64,000 bases of DNA from Pirellulales bacterium (lineage in GTDB: Bacteria > Planctomycetota > Planctomycetia > Pirellulales > JAICIG01): positions 1,682-65,681 of the forward strand of contig DATKRK010000356.1 in assembly GCA_035532215.1 (NCBI GenBank). The letters run 5' to 3'. The notes under the pieces are model-generated. The model was given only the letters and a program-made list of their open reading frames with translations, had not been told where the DNA came from and ran no database searches. Position 1 is the first letter of the stretch; each line of letters starts with the position of its first letter. The translations under genes were made by a program, and so were the position numbers. Below, piece by piece: positions 60,500 to 64,000 of this stretch.

Positions 60500-61600
60500 A
60501 TGGCGTTGCAAGATGAAATCGCAAAAGAAGCTGCACAAATTCGGACGGATTCCTATCCAATGTCCATCGGTGAATTGCTTAACCTTTATCGTGACGATGA
60601 GTTAGACGTTCACCCCGAATTTCAGAGAGTATTTCGCTGGACGCCAACCCAGAAAACAAAGCTTATCGAGTCCATTCTGCTTGGTATCCCGATGCCGCCA
60701 ATCTTTGTGGCGCAGCAGAAGACTGGCGTCTGGGATGTTGTTGATGGCCAGCAAAGACTGTCAACGATTCTCCAATTTGTGGGCGAGCTAAAAGACGAGA
60801 AGGGCGAGCTAGTGACGCCCCTAGTCCTAGAGAGGACGAAGTTCTTGCCATCGTTGGCAGGAAAGGTCTGGAGCGGCGGAGAGAATGCTTTCACGCGCGA
60901 CCAGCAGCTTTTTGTTAAGCGAGCAAAAATCGACGTAAACATCGTCCTGAAAGAGAGTGACGAGACGACGAAATTTGAGCTATTTATGCGGCTTAACACG
61001 GGCGGAACGCCCCTAATGCCACAGGAAGTTAGAAACTGCCTGATGATTATGGCATTTCGCGATACCTATGTCTGGATAAGGACGCTCGCGGAAGACGCGA
61101 ATTTCTCGAACGCGGTCTCGCTGTCCGAACGGCTTATTACCGAGCAGTACCCCATGGAATTAGTGACTCGTTTCATTATTTTCCGGACCATGGCAAAAGC
61201 GGACCTAGAGCAGGTCGGCGACATCGGCGAGTTCTTGAACAATAACCTCAAATCCCTCCACGAGCTTAACCGGGCACAAAAAGCGGTCGAAGAACGAGCC
61301 TTTCGCGAAACCTTTCAGCTCATTAACCAGCAAATGCAGTCTGACGCATTTCACCGATACGATCCGTTGCAGGATCGATTCCTTGGAAGCTTTTCGATCG
61401 CTGCGTTTGAAACCGTCGCTCTTGGGATTGGCTTTAATACTGACCCAAATGGCGGGTTGAGGCCCATATCTGACTTGCAGAAAAAGGTGAAGGCTGTGCT
61501 CTCCGATCCAACATTTACCGATAATTCCGGCTCCGGAGTGCGAGCGTCAACCAGGATTCCAAGAATTGTTCCGCTCGGGCGCGCGACTTTTGAAAAATGA
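60500..61600 (+). CDS. DUF262 (ParB-like/GmrSD N-terminal) domain protein
   Basis: Internal ATG gives MALQDEIAKEAAQIRTDSYPMSIGELLNLYRDDELDVHPEFQRVFRWTPTQKTKLIESILLGIPMPPIFV...WDVVDGQQRLSTI (DGQQR motif). The C-terminal half has no His-Me/DUF1524 motif. GC is markedly lower than in flanks. Confidence 0.88.
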   Translation: MALQDEIAKEAAQIRTDSYPMSIGELLNLYRDDELDVHPEFQRVFRWTPTQKTKLIESILLGIPMPPIFVAQQKTGVWDVVDGQQRLSTILQFVGELKDEKGELVTPLVLERTKFLPSLAGKVWSGGENAFTRDQQLFVKRAKIDVNIVLKESDETTKFELFMRLNTGGTPLMPQEVRNCLMIMAFRDTYVWIRTLAEDANFSNAVSLSERLITEQYPMELVTRFIIFRTMAKADLEQVGDIGEFLNNNLKSLHELNRAQKAVEERAFRETFQLINQQMQSDAFHRYDPLQDRFLGSFSIAAFETVALGIGFNTDPNGGLRPISDLQKKVKAVLSDPTFTDNSGSGVRASTRIPRIVPLGRATFEK

Positions 61601-62274
61601 CAAAGCTGCGCACGCTATCCGACCTGAATGACGCCATGGCGGCCGACTTTGCTTGGCGCAAAAAGGAGCTTCACAGCATCAAATCCGCCGTCTTTGACAA
61701 TGAGAAGACGGCCAAGCGCGACACCTATATACGTGCCGCCATGGCGATGCTCTATGCACACTGGGAGGGGTTTATTAGAAACGCGGGAACGATGTATTTG
61801 AACTTTGTCGCCCACCAAAGGCTCCGAAACAACGAGCTTTCCCGTGCCATGCTTGCCCTATCAGCGGGTCGGGTTATCGAGGAAGCCGTGGCTGGCGGCA
61901 AGTCGGCGGCCAGAATGCGCGTCGTGGACTTCTTTGCTGGACAGATGGCGGACCGTTGCAAGATCAACCATCAACGATCAATCAATACCAGGTCGAATCT
62001 CTCGTCAACGGTTCTGCGAGAGATTGTCGAAACCATGGGCTTGGATTACCGCTCGTTTGAAAGCAGGGAGAAGCTCATAGACGAGAAGCTGTTGAAGAAC
62101 CGCAATCACATCGCCCACGGGCATTATTTGACGGTTACTGTGACCGAATATGAGCAAATCCACAGCACCATTTTCAGCATGATGCAGGAATTCTCCGACC
62201 AAGTATACGTCGCTGCCAGTTCCGGGGCATTTAAGGCAGCTCCCATGGCAGAATTTCCAGCAACAACGCTTTAG
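61597..62274 (+). CDS. HEPN-like nuclease (Rx4H motif), recalls the MAE_28990/MAE_18760 / RiboL-PSP-type HEPN family
   Basis: 225 aa with a 4-nt ATGA overlap with the DUF262 gene. Motifs are MLYAHWEGFIRNAG and the HEPN signature KNRNHIAHGHY. GC is low. Confidence 0.8.
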   Translation: MTKLRTLSDLNDAMAADFAWRKKELHSIKSAVFDNEKTAKRDTYIRAAMAMLYAHWEGFIRNAGTMYLNFVAHQRLRNNELSRAMLALSAGRVIEEAVAGGKSAARMRVVDFFAGQMADRCKINHQRSINTRSNLSSTVLREIVETMGLDYRSFESREKLIDEKLLKNRNHIAHGHYLTVTVTEYEQIHSTIFSMMQEFSDQVYVAASSGAFKAAPMAEFPATTL

Positions 62275-62447
62275 CCCACTACCTCGCGTGCCGCGATTAG
62301 ACAAACATCGATGAGTCTGAGATAATAGGCGGCTTCAATCCTTGCGACTTTCACGAGAAAGCCGCCGCGATCGATTTCCTGCGCGCGATGAGTTGAAAGC
62401 TCCATTGAATCGGCGCATTTAGAATGACCTGCGAGACGCAGCAGCCT

Positions 62448-63749
62448 TCACGCGAACTGCGTGATCCCCGGCATCGCGACCGGCGCGACGGCCAAGGGAC
62501 CAAACTCGTACTTGGCGGGCGAGAGATCTTCCTTTGAGTTCAGCGCCTGCTCCCAGGTGATCGTCTGGCCGGTGTAGGTGGCCATGCGGCCGAGGATGGC
62601 CAGCATCGTGCTGCGGCACATGTACTGGCTGTTGTCGATCGCCTTGCCCGAGCGGATGCTGGCGAACAACTCGTCGTGCTCGACTTGGTACATGTTCGGC
62701 TTCTCGCCGCGGTAGCTCCATTTCGATTCGCCCTGAATCTTGTGGTGCATCACGTCGGCCGTGCCCTTCGTGCCCATCACGTAATCCGACACGTCGACGC
62801 TGCAACCGGCCTGTTGCCGCGTGTAGGCGAACAGCTTGACGCCGCTGGCGTATTCGTAGACCACGGCGTGGTGATCGAAAATCTGCCCGAACTCCGCCTG
62901 CACGCGCACCTGCCGCCCGCCCAGGCCGTAGGCTTTGACCGGCGGCTCGTCCTTCATCGCCCAGGCGGCCTTGTCGAGGCTGTGGACGTGCTGCTCGACG
63001 TTGTGGTCGCCCGACAGCCAGGTGAAATAGAGCCAGTTGCGCAACTGCCATTCCATGTCGCTCCACTCGGGCTTGCGCGGGTGCATCCAGAGCGTGCCGG
63101 TGTTGTAGTTGACGTTGATGGCCACGATCTCGCCGACCGCGCCGTCGTGAATGCGCTGCATCGTCTCGCGCTTCGGCAAATCGTAGCGGTAGCACAGCCC
63201 GGAAACGACCGAGAGGCCTTTCTGCTTGGCTTCTTCGGCGGTGGCCAGCACGCTGCGCACGCCGGGAGCGTCGACGGCCACCGGCTTCTCGACGAACACG
63301 TGCTTGCCGGCCGCGATCGCCGCGCGGAAGTGCTCGGGGCGGAAATGGGGCGGCGTGCAGAGCAGCACGACGTCGACGCCGCTGTCGATCACCTTCTGAT
63401 AGGCATCGAAGCCCGTAAAGCAGTTTTCTTTGGTCACTTCGACCTTGCCGGCCGGCGCTTGCTGCTTCAGATTCGCCAGGCTGCCGATCAGGCGGTCTTC
63501 GAAGGCGTCGCCCATCGCCACGAGCTTGACGTTCTGGTCGGCGTTCAAGGCCTGCGCCGCGGCGCCCGTGCCGCGACCGCCACAGCCAACCAGGCCGATC
63601 TTCAGCACGTCGCTGCCGGCCGCATGGACGCTTTGCGAGAGTGCCAAGCCGCCGAGCAAACTGCCGCCCGCTGCGACCGCCGTCGAAGTTTTGAGGAATT
63701 CGCGTCGCGACGGGACGCAAGGCTGCGAAGGGCGGGCCGAATCGGTCAT
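62448..63749 (-). CDS. Gfo/Idh/MocA family oxidoreductase with twin-arginine signal
   Basis: Internal ATG gives MTDSARPSQPCVPSRREFLKTSTAVAAGGSL (Tat). The Rossmann motif is IGLVGCGGRGTGA, followed by EKPVAVD. The ORF is open to 63794. Confidence 0.9.
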   Translation of the reverse strand: MTDSARPSQPCVPSRREFLKTSTAVAAGGSLLGGLALSQSVHAAGSDVLKIGLVGCGGRGTGAAAQALNADQNVKLVAMGDAFEDRLIGSLANLKQQAPAGKVEVTKENCFTGFDAYQKVIDSGVDVVLLCTPPHFRPEHFRAAIAAGKHVFVEKPVAVDAPGVRSVLATAEEAKQKGLSVVSGLCYRYDLPKRETMQRIHDGAVGEIVAINVNYNTGTLWMHPRKPEWSDMEWQLRNWLYFTWLSGDHNVEQHVHSLDKAAWAMKDEPPVKAYGLGGRQVRVQAEFGQIFDHHAVVYEYASGVKLFAYTRQQAGCSVDVSDYVMGTKGTADVMHHKIQGESKWSYRGEKPNMYQVEHDELFASIRSGKAIDNSQYMCRSTMLAILGRMATYTGQTITWEQALNSKEDLSPAKYEFGPLAVAPVAMPGITQFA

Positions 63750-64000
63750 GGCAGACTCCTTGAAAACGACTCTTGGGGCGGGCTGGGCGGGCAAGAATGC
63801 AAGCGTTTACTATAACATCGCCGCCCGGGGCAAGCGAACCGTTTGGCAGCGGCGGCAAGGATTCCAACGGCGCCGGCGAAACCGCCCCATCGAAAGAAAC
63901 CGCCGCAACTCGCGCGGAAATACGTGGCCAGCGAGTTGCCAGCGGGTACAATCCAGGCGGCCTCGTGGCCAACGGCCTTAAGTTGGAAGACGCGGTGAAA

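Noticed and set aside
62419-63972. 517-aa - strand ORF and a 379-aa + strand ORF
   Set aside because: The overlapping frame 62448..63794 carries the Tat signal and the Gfo/Idh/MocA Rossmann motif. The others are Arg-rich shadows.
1-64000. tRNA or rRNA genes anywhere in the window
   Set aside because: Scanning the intergenic regions by eye found no T-loop or acceptor-stem patterns or rRNA-like conserved blocks. A covariance-model scan would be needed to be certain.

Overview
GC-rich (mid-60s % by eye) bacterial chromosome segment with strong Planctomycetota (Pirellulales-like) signatures. These include a DUF1501 protein, a DUF1592-type cytochrome-c giant, a PVC-type heme-binding dehydrogenase-like giant, Tat-signal Gfo/Idh/MocA oxidoreductases, an ECF sigma factor with a long C-terminal extension, and many short palindromic repeat families. 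Housekeeping genes: dnaA, rho, murJ, birA, a P-II protein, Hsp20, and type IIB topoisomerase VI (top6B/top6A). Other clear content: a heavy-metal-type RND efflux set (adaptor, pump, TolC-like), an HD-GYP phosphodiesterase, an SRPBCC + TIGR01777 epimerase pair, an ArnT-like glycosyltransferase, CapA, a GNAT protein and an ABC ATPase. No rRNA, tRNA or CRISPR array was seen. Most interesting: (1) a DUF692 (MNIO) + DUF2063 pair behind a Tat-signal, 9-Cys repeat protein at 31.5-34.0 kb, a bufferin/HvfA-like RiPP-type module with an atypical precursor. (2) A low-GC DUF262 + HEPN two-gene cassette directly after dnaA that appears to have truncated a DNA methyltransferase (60.0-62.3 kb). (3) Two loci share a perfect 23-bp inverted repeat around unrelated 73-88 nt cores, each about 110 nt upstream of a gene start. 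(4) Palindromic repeat elements lie in-frame inside coding genes (birA, the glycosyltransferase, and the C-terminal tails of DUF692 and the ABC ATPase). (5) Three lower-GC small genes split the top6B-top6A pair. (6) A decay zone at 9.7-12.0 kb holds cytochrome b, aceE and tyrosine recombinase remnants. Start codons are best guesses from the ORF track and manual reading, and all family assignments are motif recognition by eye, not searches.
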